Virus record (IMG/VR): IMGVR_UViG_3300010354_000064
Span: 1-64,000 of that record
Direction: 5' to 3' (one strand)
Source: a virus
Length of the DNA: 64,000 bases
Part shown: one piece after another, positions 1 to 9,352 of the stretch
How the letters are laid out: each line of letters begins with the position of its first letter
How positions within the stretch are numbered: the stretch's first letter is position 1
Made by a program: the position numbers and the translations under genes
Notes under the pieces: generated by a model
Databases searched by the model: none
What the model saw: the letters and a program-made list of their open reading frames with translations, nothing else
Told to the model about the DNA's origin: nothing

Positions 1-1244
1 ACCTCGCTACCGAAAGCCACCTCGAAGGCATCCCACTCCGCCGTGCTATCGGAGAGCTTGATACCCGCCGTCTGCGCCCACGTCGAGCCCGTCTGGTTGC
101 CATCGTCGAGATAGAGTTCCGTGAAGGCGCGGACTTCGAGGTCGCCCGCCTCGGACTCAACGACACCATCCGTCCGACCAATGAGAATCGGTCGCGTGAG
201 GCTCGACGCCAGGCGGATGCCCTGACCGAAGTCGTTGGACTGAGCGTTGTTGGCGAACGAATCCACGTCCGAGCCGATAGCCAACTCGGTGTTGCTCGTA
301 CCGGAGTTCTCGGTGAGGGTGAAGAGGGCGGCGTTCGCGAGGTCGCGAATCGTCCAGTAGATGCCCGCCGAGTTGAGGTCGAGGATGGCGTTCGTCGTGA
401 GTTCAACCGGGGTCGTGCCCTGGTTGTTGTAGACCTGCTGACGGGTCGAGGACGACGTGGAGGGCACGTCGAGTTCCGCGCCACGGAGGAAGTCCTGCTC
501 GTTGAGGTCTTCGAGCGCCTTGCGGGTGGCCGACGCGAAGTGGATGACCTTGTTCTCGATGTCCGCCACCGGGACGGCTTCGAGGTCGTTACCCGCAGCG
601 TTGACACGAACGAACGAAAGCTGGGCTCGGTCTGGCGACGTGCCCGTCATCGTGGAGCCGTCGGTGTTCGACTCCGTTTGGAAGAGGGCGAAGATTTGCC
701 GCTGGTCCGAAAGAATCGGGTCGTGGGTGACCGAATCAATGACCTGGCACAGGTTCTTCGGGCTGATGTTGGTCGAACCCGTGACCTCGGCAAGCGAGTG
801 TGACCCGAAGGAGGCGTTGTAAGCCGCCACCGTCCCGAGGGTCGTGACCGCACCGATGGCTGCCGTCGTGTTGGCGGGAAGCTGACCCAGAGACAGGACG
901 ACGTAGTTGTTGCCAGCGCCGACCGTGACATCGACAATCTGGTAGGCCGTGACGAGAACACGCTTGCGTTCGAGGTCGTGAAGCTGCTGGTTGAGCCCGT
1001 TGATGCCGCGCTGCGTGCCGTTCTCAAACGTGCTGGGAGCCGAGATGTCCGTGTACCAGTCACCACCGGGGAACGCTGCTCCGCTCCGGTTGATGATGCT
1101 CGCGACCTGCGAACGGAGACTGTTGAGGTCGTCCTCGATATGGACGGTGTTCGTCTCGTAGTTCGCCAACGACGGCGCGATGGTGTCGTCGTAAACGTCC
1201 GACTTGCGGATTTGCGTGTCTTGCCGAATGAATGTGCGACCCAT
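1..1244 (-). CDS. Virion structural/tail-associated protein, runs off the window edge (absent from the ORF track)
   Basis: ATG at 1244 with AGGAG upstream (1251-1255). Open frame MGRTFIRQDTQIRKSDVYDD...WDAFEVAFGSEV continues to position 1. T/S/N/G-rich composition, in the structural cluster. Confidence 0.7.
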   Translation of the reverse strand, partial: MGRTFIRQDTQIRKSDVYDDTIAPSLANYETNTVHIEDDLNSLRSQVASIINRSGAAFPGGDWYTDISAPSTFENGTQRGINGLNQQLHDLERKRVLVTAYQIVDVTVGAGNNYVVLSLGQLPANTTAAIGAVTTLGTVAAYNASFGSHSLAEVTGSTNISPKNLCQVIDSVTHDPILSDQRQIFALFQTESNTDGSTMTGTSPDRAQLSFVRVNAAGNDLEAVPVADIENKVIHFASATRKALEDLNEQDFLRGAELDVPSTSSSTRQQVYNNQGTTPVELTTNAILDLNSAGIYWTIRDLANAALFTLTENSGTSNTELAIGSDVDSFANNAQSNDFGQGIRLASSLTRPILIGRTDGVVESEAGDLEVRAFTELYLDDGNQTGSTWAQTAGIKLSDSTAEWDAFEVAFGSE

Positions 1245-1267
1245 GCCTAACTCCTACGCAAAGAAGA

Positions 1268-1576
1268 CTATTGCGTGACGATGTAGTCCGCGAACAGCTT
1301 GTCGCCGGGCTTGGGGGCCACAGCTAGAACAACCATGTCGTAGCCGGTCCCGTCGCCTTCGCTCTCGTCGAGGGTGTAGTCGTCGGGCCAGAACAGTCTG
1401 ATTCCATTATAGAAGATGCGTATCTGGATATAGGGTGGGTCGTGAACGAACTTTTCTTCCGGCGCTACCGTGAACGAGGTATTCGACCCGTCGATGACCC
1501 CGAAAAGCGAGATACCTGTTCGGAAGCGGGATGTGGGTATAAAACGAGCAAGGTAGGGATAGTTTACGGGGCGCAC
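1268..1576 (-). CDS. Small beta-rich virion protein
   Basis: GVIDGSNTSFT...FYNGIRL...DYT...APKPGDKLFADY pattern recurs in phage tail/baseplate proteins. Confidence 0.6.
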   Translation of the reverse strand: MRPVNYPYLARFIPTSRFRTGISLFGVIDGSNTSFTVAPEEKFVHDPPYIQIRIFYNGIRLFWPDDYTLDESEGDGTGYDMVVLAVAPKPGDKLFADYIVTQ

Positions 1577-1589
1577 TCATCCCTCCCTC

Positions 1590-1796
1590 TCAATCCTCCC
1601 GCTTGGCCTCGACCGTCAACTCCTGCACTCGAAGCGTCGGTTTGGGGGCAAGCGGCTTCGGCAAAGGGACGGCCCGCCGACCAAGCGCCTGTCCCGAGTT
1701 TCCCTTTGCAGACCAACCAAGACCGAACGCGCGCCCCAGAAGAACGCGCGTATCAGCCTCGGCCTCAAGTACCGCTTCGAGTTCAACTTTCGCCAC
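1590..1796 (-). CDS. Hypothetical protein
   Basis: Fills the gap between coupled minus-strand genes. Confidence 0.45.
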   Translation of the reverse strand: MAKVELEAVLEAEADTRVLLGRAFGLGWSAKGNSGQALGRRAVPLPKPLAPKPTLRVQELTVEAKRED

Positions 1797-1797
1797 G

Positions 1798-2334
1798 TTA
1801 CTGCCTCGTCCGCACCGTCAGACGGGGGACTGCTGGGGGCTGAGGGACTTGACGCAACACCGGAGGAGGCGGCGGAGGTACGAACTTGCGCGGTGGCGCG
1901 TGCTTGACGGTGAGGTCGAGAGCGACGAACGAAGAGTTCGCCGACCACGATGCAGCGACAGGCACATCCGCGAGCAGAGCCCCCATCTCAGACGACCCCG
2001 TAATCGCCACACCGGCAAGGGGGCAGTCCCCGAGAAGCGGCGCAGAGATAACGGAACCCGCTGAGAGAGCAGCATCGAGAGGGCAATCCCCCAGAAGCGA
2101 CGAAGCCGAGGCTGAGTCGCCCAACCAAGCCGCCCCAAAGGGAACGTCCCCGAGAAGCGGCATGGTAGCGGATGAGTCCGCCATCAACGTCGCCCCGAGG
2201 GGACAAGACACCGTGAGGCCCATGACGACCGATGAATCGGCCGTCCACGAAGCCCCAAGAGGCACGTCCCCAAGGAGCGGCGCGACGACGGAGGAGTCGG
2301 CCGAAATGGCCGCGTCGAGAGCTTCAGCGGCCAT
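1798..2334 (-). CDS. Tandem-repeat protein (~20-aa unit, LLGD[VC]PL.A.W..DS), probably structural
   Basis: About 7 imperfect repeats, then a Pro-rich tail. Directly downstream of a tail-fibre-like gene. Confidence 0.6.
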   Translation of the reverse strand: MAAEALDAAISADSSVVAPLLGDVPLGASWTADSSVVMGLTVSCPLGATLMADSSATMPLLGDVPFGAAWLGDSASASSLLGDCPLDAALSAGSVISAPLLGDCPLAGVAITGSSEMGALLADVPVAASWSANSSFVALDLTVKHAPPRKFVPPPPPPVLRQVPQPPAVPRLTVRTRQ

Positions 2335-2342
2335 GTGTCACC

Positions 2343-2738
2343 TCATTGTTCCGTGATGGAGAGCGTACCGACGGCGAAGCTCGCCGTGTCGCCGGGGTCG
2401 ATGGTCTTCGACGCCGCGAGGTTGCCGAAGTAGAGCATGTTGCCCGTACCCTGGTCGTGGATGGCCGCCGCGACGACGGTGCCCCAGAGCGCCGTGGCGA
2501 CCGGGAAGGTCACGAGGGCCGAGTTCTGAGTGACCCCGTTCGCCGGGGCGTCGAACGTGATGACCTGACGCGCGTACCCCGTGCCGATGGTGCTCACCTC
2601 CGTACCACCGCCGCTCGCCGTGGGGGCCACCGTGTAGAGGGCAACCTCGACCGTCGCGGGCGAAGTCTCCCCCGTCACGTCGGCGCGGAGGAAGAAGTTG
2701 AGGATGGAGTTGTCGAGCGTGTAGGACTTGGCAGCCAT
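2343..2738 (-). CDS. Phage tail/fibre-associated protein
   Basis: VALYT..PT..GGGTEVS..GYARQ.ITF...N...VTFP.AT..WGTV pattern of a common phage tail protein family. Confidence 0.8.
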   Translation of the reverse strand: MAAKSYTLDNSILNFFLRADVTGETSPATVEVALYTVAPTASGGGTEVSTIGTGYARQVITFDAPANGVTQNSALVTFPVATALWGTVVAAAIHDQGTGNMLYFGNLAASKTIDPGDTASFAVGTLSITEQ

Positions 2739-2768
2739 GTGCGGGTTCTCCTAGTCGAGAGAAACGAG

Positions 2769-3029
2769 TTATTTCATGTGGCAGAGCGATTTGAGTGTCT
2801 TCAAGTTGTGGGCGTAGGGGTTCGCGGCGACCTTGCCGGTGTTGTTGAACCACGCCGCCTTCAACTCATCGACGTTCGAGACGCTGGAGTCGAACACGAA
2901 GAACACCTTGCCGGAGTCAACGTGCCTGTCCGTGCGCTTCAACTCCACGCCTGCCGTCTGAAGGTAGGCCGCGAAGTAGAGGTCGCTGGTCTTGAACTCT
3001 GCTCCTTTGCTTGACATTTTCATCTCCAT
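2769..3029 (-). CDS. DUF5659-like small phage protein
   Basis: FKTSDLYFAAYL...G..L...DR....KVFFVF signature. Confidence 0.65.
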   Translation of the reverse strand: MEMKMSSKGAEFKTSDLYFAAYLQTAGVELKRTDRHVDSGKVFFVFDSSVSNVDELKAAWFNNTGKVAANPYAHNLKTLKSLCHMK

Positions 3030-3044
3030 CTAGGGCACCCGTCG

Positions 3045-4160
3045 TCAGACGAGGGTGAATACGTTGCTGACGAGACTGGTGTACTGCACCTGAACCTTGG
3101 TGCCGACACCGACACCCGCCGGGACGAGCGCGGCGGGGATGATGATTTGCGTGTCGGACACCTTGCCACCGGCCGTTGCCGTGATGGTGTACTGGTTGAG
3201 CGTCACGAAGCCGGTCGTCACCGAGGGAAGGATGAACTTGACCTTGGTGAGGAGGTCTTCGGCGTTCGGAACGCCAAAGCTCGCGAGGCCCGTGCCCGTG
3301 AGCGTGACCGCTCCAGGAACCGGGACGCCAAACTGCGCGTTCAAGAGCGTCGGAAGCGTGTTCGCAATCGAGAACAGCGTCGAGCCGTCATCCTCGACAA
3401 CCGTGACCGCAGGACCCGAGACGATGGCCGGGATGCGGTTCGGGTCGGGGTTGAAGCTGGCGCTACGCGCCTTCGCGATGTCGCCGACGAGGAAGCTCTT
3501 GACCGCCACGTCCGTCTCGATGAACTGCGGCGCGATGGCGTCGGCCGCCGCGTCCACCTGCGCGGGGGTGAGCCCGTCACCAAGCTGGAGCTTGACGTTG
3601 GCGGAAGACACGTTGAGAGGGCCGCCCACCGGGAGAGTCGCAAGGATGAACGCTGCCGGGGTCGGCACCGTCTTGCTGGCACCACCGACTGCGAGCCCGA
3701 GCGGCGTGTTGGCGGTCGAGCCACCGGCCACCGAGTCCACCTGAAGGTAGGTTCCCGTGCCCTTCGTCTTCGTCTGAAGCCACAGACGAACCGGAGAACC
3801 CGCGATGGCCGTGAAGTTGGCCGTCACGAAGAGCGCGTTGAGAGCGGCGACGAGCGCCGTCATGTTCGCGTAGACCGCCGCCGGAATCGTGAACGTCGTG
3901 TAAGCGCCAGCCGCCGAATCGCGGAGCTTCAGGGCGTCATTCACGCCGAGGTTGATGGCGAGCGGGAAGACGAGGGGGGCGCTCTGAAGAGAGGCCGGGA
4001 TGCTCGCTGCCATCATCGCCCCAACGGTGATTGCCGTGGGACGCGACAGGTAGCGCGTCTGCCCCTCGGGCTCCGTGGGGAAGTTGGCTTGACTGGTTGA
4101 CTCCAGGTCAGCCAGGAAGATGGGGCTGGGAATGTCTCCGCGAATGACTCCGACGCGCAT
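3045..4160 (-). CDS. Virion structural protein with C-terminal IPT/Ig-like domain
   Basis: A/T/G/V-rich. C-terminus is paralogous to 4550..5152 (NAQ.GVP..G.[VI]T[LI]TGT.L ... IPAALVP). Confidence 0.7.
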   Translation of the reverse strand: MRVGVIRGDIPSPIFLADLESTSQANFPTEPEGQTRYLSRPTAITVGAMMAASIPASLQSAPLVFPLAINLGVNDALKLRDSAAGAYTTFTIPAAVYANMTALVAALNALFVTANFTAIAGSPVRLWLQTKTKGTGTYLQVDSVAGGSTANTPLGLAVGGASKTVPTPAAFILATLPVGGPLNVSSANVKLQLGDGLTPAQVDAAADAIAPQFIETDVAVKSFLVGDIAKARSASFNPDPNRIPAIVSGPAVTVVEDDGSTLFSIANTLPTLLNAQFGVPVPGAVTLTGTGLASFGVPNAEDLLTKVKFILPSVTTGFVTLNQYTITATAGGKVSDTQIIIPAALVPAGVGVGTKVQVQYTSLVSNVFTLV

Positions 4161-4179
4161 GATTCAGGCTCCTTGTTTC

Positions 4180-4545
4180 TTACTCGGCGGCGGGTAGCTT
4201 CCCCCGTTGCGAGTCCTCTTTGAGGAGCCGCAAGACGGCCCCGTAGTCGCTGTAGAACGCCGCGATAGCGCGGACGAACTTGAGTTGGTCCCCCTTCCAA
4301 GTGAAGTGCGCCTCCCGCACGGCGAACCGCATCCGAGTGAGATGCTTGATGTAGAGGCTCCCTCGGTCGAGCGACTCCATCTCATCGCTGGCTGCGGCAA
4401 GATGGGTGTACCGGCGCACCACGTCGCGCAGAAGGGCTTGAGCTTGGGGAACGAAGAGCAAGTCCTTCGGCTGCCAAATCTTCTCGACGGGCTTGATGTC
4501 GCCCGCTTCTTCTTCGAGAAGCCAAGGGAGGAGCCGGTAGTCCAC
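4180..4545 (-). CDS. Hypothetical protein
   Basis: GTG start at 4545, just after the upstream stop. The longer ORF-track version overlaps the upstream gene. Confidence 0.6.
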   Translation of the reverse strand: MDYRLLPWLLEEEAGDIKPVEKIWQPKDLLFVPQAQALLRDVVRRYTHLAAASDEMESLDRGSLYIKHLTRMRFAVREAHFTWKGDQLKFVRAIAAFYSDYGAVLRLLKEDSQRGKLPAAE

Positions 4546-4549
4546 ACTA

Positions 4550-5152
4550 TCAGACCAGAGCGAAGGGGGTGGAGGCTTGGTCATCCGCCACAACCTGCAC
4601 GAAAGTCGTGCCCGCTGCGACGCCCGGCACGAGAGCCGCCGGGATGAAGATGGACAGGTTGGCGACCGTGCCGCCACCCGCGATGATGGCCGCCTCCGTG
4701 AGGGTCAGCGGGCCGCCCGTGCCGGTCACGAGCACCGTCGAGGTGTTCGGGGCGAGGGACACGAGGTTCGTGCCCGTGATGGTGATGTCACCCGCGCCGG
4801 GAACACCAAGCTGCGCGTTCGTCACGGTGGGTGCCGCCACGTCCGCCATCGTGAAGCTGACGACCGAGATGAACCCAGAGTCCGCGAGCTTCTTGATTTT
4901 GCCCTTACCCGCCGAGAAGTTGACCCGCTCCGTCTGGCGGAGGTCGAGGTAGCCCGGAATCGTCGGGTCGGTCGGCTTCGTCAGCGGGATGTAGCAGGGC
5001 TGCTTCGGGTAGTTGGCGTACCCGTCGCGGTCGTACGCCTTCGGGTCCGCCGTCGAGCCAAGACGATGCGTCTGCTTGTTCGGCAGCCCATCGTCGATGT
5101 CATCGACGAGAATCGGCGAGTTCATGGACTGGTTGTGAATCAAGCGCAGCAT
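4550..5152 (-). CDS. Virion structural protein with C-terminal IPT/Ig-like domain
   Basis: Paralog of the 3045..4160 C-terminus. AAGGAG RBS. Confidence 0.7.
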   Translation of the reverse strand: MLRLIHNQSMNSPILVDDIDDGLPNKQTHRLGSTADPKAYDRDGYANYPKQPCYIPLTKPTDPTIPGYLDLRQTERVNFSAGKGKIKKLADSGFISVVSFTMADVAAPTVTNAQLGVPGAGDITITGTNLVSLAPNTSTVLVTGTGGPLTLTEAAIIAGGGTVANLSIFIPAALVPGVAAGTTFVQVVADDQASTPFALV

Positions 5153-5216
5153 CCGAGGCTCCTTGGTGGGTTACGGGCTAGTCGATTTGACGGCGGCATA
5201 AGAAGAAGTGCGAGCG

Positions 5217-5867
5217 TCAAATCGGGTTCGAGACGGTTGCCTCGATGGAGAGCTTGGCTTGTGCCCCATTTCCGCGCACCCAGAGGCTTGCAGCCTTCGC
5301 GGTGAACGTCGAGAACTGGGGTTGGATGGAGTTCTGCCGAAGCAGGTACTCCGGCCCGCCAGGCTCGAACGCCACGAAGGCATCCGTCCCGGCCTCTTCG
5401 TTGAGGATGCGCCAGTCGCAGAGCAGACGGGGGAGGTCGAGTTGCAGCGAGCCCGCCACCGTCGCCGCGTTGGGGGCGTTTCCCCGCAGGAGAATGTGGC
5501 CGTACCCGCGCGTGAGGAACTGCGTCTGGTCGGGAAGCACGAGCGTTGGAGCACTCACCTGCGTCTCGACACCTGCCCCATCGACGTGGAACAGTTCAAG
5601 CCAGAACTGGTTGGCGTCCGTGAGCCCGTAAGTCGTCGGGTTGAAGACGACCCGCACCTGGCCTCCCGTCGGCTGCGTCTCGATGACTCGTCGGTCCACA
5701 CCCACGTCGTCGAGGAAGCCAAACTTCGGAGCCGTCAGGATGGTTGCGAACACCCCGTCGAAGTTCGCTGACGCCTTGAGGCGGTAGCCCTCGACACCCG
5801 CGACACGCTTGGTGAAGAGGTCAACGATACCGGGACGACGACGAGCGACCGAGAAGATGCGGTTCAT
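5217..5867 (-). CDS. Hypothetical, probably virion protein
   Basis: Typical codon usage. ATGA overlap with the upstream gene. Confidence 0.65.
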   Translation of the reverse strand: MNRIFSVARRRPGIVDLFTKRVAGVEGYRLKASANFDGVFATILTAPKFGFLDDVGVDRRVIETQPTGGQVRVVFNPTTYGLTDANQFWLELFHVDGAGVETQVSAPTLVLPDQTQFLTRGYGHILLRGNAPNAATVAGSLQLDLPRLLCDWRILNEEAGTDAFVAFEPGGPEYLLRQNSIQPQFSTFTAKAASLWVRGNGAQAKLSIEATVSNPI

Positions 5868-6301
5868 GGCGTACCTTCCTGCTTCACAAGGGAATCATAG
5901 GTGGAGGCCGCCTCGCGAGCCGCCGACACGTCCTGGGTTTCGGTCAGGGCCTTGTCGAAGGCCGCCTGCTTCGCATCGGCCCACGTTCCCGTCTGCTCCC
6001 CAGCGAAGTTCGGGACGAGCTTTGGGTTCGGCGCGTGGTCACGCTGCCGTCGCTCCATCACCCCTTGCCGAGCGGCGCGGTACTTGTTCTCCTTCATGGC
6101 CTTCGATACCCAGCCGCCGGACTCTCCGTCCTTCAGCACGAACCGCACGTCGCCGGGCGAGAACACGAGGTTCACGGCTCCGTGGCAGGTCGAGCACTCC
6201 AGGTTCTTGGTGCCGAGCTTCACGGCGTCGTAGTCCGAGAAGGACAGGCGCACGTCATGGTTCTTCTGGCACGTCTCGCAGCGGGTTGCGTAGGTGGGCA
6301 T
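5864..6301 (-). CDS. FmdB-family zinc-ribbon protein
   Basis: MPTY..RCETC...CSTC.G....VFSP....LK..GGW. Confidence 0.75.
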   Translation of the reverse strand: MPTYATRCETCQKNHDVRLSFSDYDAVKLGTKNLECSTCHGAVNLVFSPGDVRFVLKDGESGGWVSKAMKENKYRAARQGVMERRQRDHAPNPKLVPNFAGEQTGTWADAKQAAFDKALTETQDVSAAREAASTYDSLVKQEGTP

Positions 6302-6308
6302 CTGATTC

Positions 6309-7157
6309 TCATTTCTTCTTCGGGATGGACCATCCCTCGATGTGGTTCAACACCGCCGCGACGTGCTTGCACACGCGGTTGATGCGCTCGGGGTCTTTGA
6401 TGTCGGGCGTCGAAGCCGTGCCCCGAGGCTTGCCGTCGATGAACCGCTCCTGCTTGGCGTGATACTCGGAGCCGAGCCACCGCCACGCCTCACACGAGCA
6501 GGTGAGGGCAAGCTCCAGCTTCGTCATCGCGACGATGTTGCCCTTGCGTTCAGCTTTGAGCTTGATGGCCTTCGGGCCGTTACCGCAATCCACCGCGAAA
6601 ATCCACCGCAGGTTCGGCACGTCCACGCGCTTGGTTGTGACCCCACACTTCTTCGCTCGCGAGAGCGTCTTGGGGTTGAGCCCCTGCATGACCTCGCCGA
6701 GCCGGAGCGCGACCTTGACGGTTGGCTCGGGCGGCAGAACGAGGGTGTGGGCGGAACGAAGCTGGAACAGAGCGACCACGAACTCGGGGTCTACCGAGGC
6801 GTAGTGCTCGTGGGGCCGCTTGTCGCGGTACGGGTACTTCGTCTTGACGGTCGTGTCCCACTCACCCTTGCCGAGCGCGCCGATGCCGTCGTGCTTGTCG
6901 GCGTTGTCCTCGCGGGTGTCGATGCGGGAGCGTTCCTTCGTCAAGTCATCGGCGTTATCGACTCGCTTGATGGGCTCGTCGTCTTTCCGTGGCTCGCGAA
7001 TGTCGGACTCGGGCTTCGCGTAGGTCGCGGTGCCGGGGATGCTCGGGTCGAGCGGCATCCCTTTCCCACCGGGGCCGCCCGAGGGGAGCTTCGATTCAGC
7101 CACGGTGGAGAGCCCCCCGTGACCGTACGCCGGTCGGGTCACGAGGGGCTGCTGCAT
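6309..7157 (-). CDS. Protein with C-terminal SWIM-like zinc finger
   Basis: LTCSCEAWRW...VCKHVAAVL (CxC...CxH). Confidence 0.7.
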   Translation of the reverse strand: MQQPLVTRPAYGHGGLSTVAESKLPSGGPGGKGMPLDPSIPGTATYAKPESDIREPRKDDEPIKRVDNADDLTKERSRIDTREDNADKHDGIGALGKGEWDTTVKTKYPYRDKRPHEHYASVDPEFVVALFQLRSAHTLVLPPEPTVKVALRLGEVMQGLNPKTLSRAKKCGVTTKRVDVPNLRWIFAVDCGNGPKAIKLKAERKGNIVAMTKLELALTCSCEAWRWLGSEYHAKQERFIDGKPRGTASTPDIKDPERINRVCKHVAAVLNHIEGWSIPKKK

Positions 7158-7159
7158 GG

Positions 7160-9328
7160 TCAAGCCTTCCAGGGGTCAGAGGAGGCGTAGACGGTGTGAG
7201 CGCGGTCGAGCTTGATGCCGAGCTTCTTGGCCTCGGCCAAGAGGACTTGGCGAGCCATCGTGTTTTGCACGGCGTCCGTCTGGTCCGTGTACCACTCGCC
7301 TGCCTCGGCCGACATCTTCGCATCCGAGAGCCCAAGCTGCGTCACTTGCGATTGACGAGGCGGGCTATCCCACTTCGACGCTTCCGCGATGGCGAAAGTG
7401 ACGTGAACGAGCTTGTTCTGCACCAACTTGAGGCGAGGGAACCCACGCTCCTTCACGGCTTCGGGGTTCTCGAACATCTCCTTCATGTCGTCCTTGCCGA
7501 GGTGCTTCTCGATGGCCTGCATCACCTGCTGCATGACCTCAAGGGCTTCCGCCTTCGGGTTCGAGGCAGTCTTGAACTTGTCCCCGTGCTCCTCGGTCAT
7601 CGCCTTCCACTCGGCGGCGTCTTCCTCGGACATGTTCTCGGTCGGGTCGGCGGGCACACCCTTCTCGAAGCGAGCGGCCTTCCAGTCGTCGGCAACGGGC
7701 TCGGAGGAGGCGGACTTCTTCTTCGGACGCACGTCGATGTAAGCCACGTCCTCGTTGGAGTGCCCGTCGGGGTTCGCGCGGTTCTTGGTGAAGTCCACAG
7801 TCACCACGCCGTCCTTCTTCACGCGAACGACCTTGCCGGTGAACTTCTCCTTTTTGGGGGAGTTGGGCCACGGAACCCCCAACTCCATCTCCACCATGTC
7901 GCCCTTCTGAGCCTCTTCGATGGGAACGATGCGAGCAGCCGTCTTGACCTCAGCGGTCTTCACGGGCACGCAGTTCGGCACCATCTCGCCGCCCTTACCG
8001 GGCTTGAGGCCCTCGGCAACGTAGCCCTTCCAGCAGGCGTCTTCGAGGCCCTCATCGGCGGGCTCGTCCGCCGTGACGGCAGCGGCGCGGTAGCCGTACA
8101 TGTCCTCGTCGGCCGCCATCGCGCCGAACTCACGGGCCGCCTTCTCGGCCTTGTCACCCGTCAGGATGGTCTTCGTGCGCGGGTAGTAGAACACCTTGTC
8201 GCCCTTCTTGAAGGGCTTGCCGTCCTGGTCCTTGCCGGGGTACTTGGCGGTCATCCAGTAGGGGTCGCCGTAGGCCGCTTGCTTCTGGAGCACGTCGGAC
8301 TTCGAGGCATCCTGCTTGATGGCCGTCGAGAGTTGGGCGACCTTCGCGCTCAACCCGAGGAGCTTGTCGGCGTACTTGGGCGAGACGAGGCTGATGGCCT
8401 TCGTCATCGACTGCATCGTGTTGAGCCCGTGGACGGCTGCGGAGCGGTCGTGGCCGTTAGACGCCGACATGGCTGCCCGCTTGGCATCTGACGCCGCCAG
8501 GTTGAAGGCCATGAGCGCCGCCGACCCCGCACCGAAGCCGCTGAAGTCGAGGTCATCATCCTCTGCGGCCGACTTGTCCTTCACCACGTCCTTGTTCTTC
8601 TCGTGCATCTCGTCGATTTTCTCGACCGCTTCGTCCGAGATGTCGGGGTTGACCTTCTTGAAGTCCTCGCCCGCACCGGCTTCGAGCTTCTCGTCGGCGA
8701 CGAGGGCATCCGCGAGAACGCGCCGAAGGCTCGCAACGAGGTCGTTGCGGCTCGGGTGCTCGGTCGTCCGCAGGTACTCAGCAGCCTCACGGAAGTACCC
8801 GACGGGGTTCTTCTCGGAGGCGGTCTTCGCGTTGCCTTCGAGGCGCGCGATGAAGCGAGCCAGGTCGGCGGTCGGGACGGAACCCTTGGCCTCCGTGACC
8901 TTGGCGAACAGTTCCAGCGTACGAGCAGCTTCCTTGGCGTTCATTTGCGATGACCTCCGCTTGAGGTAGTGGAGGCGCACGTCGTCGAGAACGCGCTCCA
9001 GTTCCTCGGCTTTCTCGGGCTTCAAGCCCTGCTTGATTTCTTCGTAATCCATGCGGGCAGCAGCCATCGCCGCCGCATCGAGTGCCTTGTCGAGCTTGAA
9101 GAGAACGTCGGGGATGCCGTGAATCAAGTCCGCCGCGACCTCGAAGAAGTGGTCACGTTTCTCGGACTTCTCGACGAGTTCGAGGGCCTTGGCGACGTAC
9201 TGCTTCAACTGCGCCGCGCGCAGGCGAGCATCCCCAAGCTCCTCCATGAGGTAGACCACGATGCCGGACGCGATTTTGTCGTCACGTCCGGCAGTTCGGC
9301 TCATGCACCCGTTCGGCGTAGGTTCCAC
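7160..9328 (-). CDS. Modular putative internal head protein with CWKGY module
   Basis: Contains ACWKGYVAEGLKPGKGGEMVPNCVP and many [KR]xA motifs. Late-type promoter motif ends 15 nt before the GTG. Confidence 0.7.
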   Translation of the reverse strand: MEPTPNGCMSRTAGRDDKIASGIVVYLMEELGDARLRAAQLKQYVAKALELVEKSEKRDHFFEVAADLIHGIPDVLFKLDKALDAAAMAAARMDYEEIKQGLKPEKAEELERVLDDVRLHYLKRRSSQMNAKEAARTLELFAKVTEAKGSVPTADLARFIARLEGNAKTASEKNPVGYFREAAEYLRTTEHPSRNDLVASLRRVLADALVADEKLEAGAGEDFKKVNPDISDEAVEKIDEMHEKNKDVVKDKSAAEDDDLDFSGFGAGSAALMAFNLAASDAKRAAMSASNGHDRSAAVHGLNTMQSMTKAISLVSPKYADKLLGLSAKVAQLSTAIKQDASKSDVLQKQAAYGDPYWMTAKYPGKDQDGKPFKKGDKVFYYPRTKTILTGDKAEKAAREFGAMAADEDMYGYRAAAVTADEPADEGLEDACWKGYVAEGLKPGKGGEMVPNCVPVKTAEVKTAARIVPIEEAQKGDMVEMELGVPWPNSPKKEKFTGKVVRVKKDGVVTVDFTKNRANPDGHSNEDVAYIDVRPKKKSASSEPVADDWKAARFEKGVPADPTENMSEEDAAEWKAMTEEHGDKFKTASNPKAEALEVMQQVMQAIEKHLGKDDMKEMFENPEAVKERGFPRLKLVQNKLVHVTFAIAEASKWDSPPRQSQVTQLGLSDAKMSAEAGEWYTDQTDAVQNTMARQVLLAEAKKLGIKLDRAHTVYASSDPWKA

Positions 9329-9352
9329 GCCGATAGACGCCGCACAAGAGGA

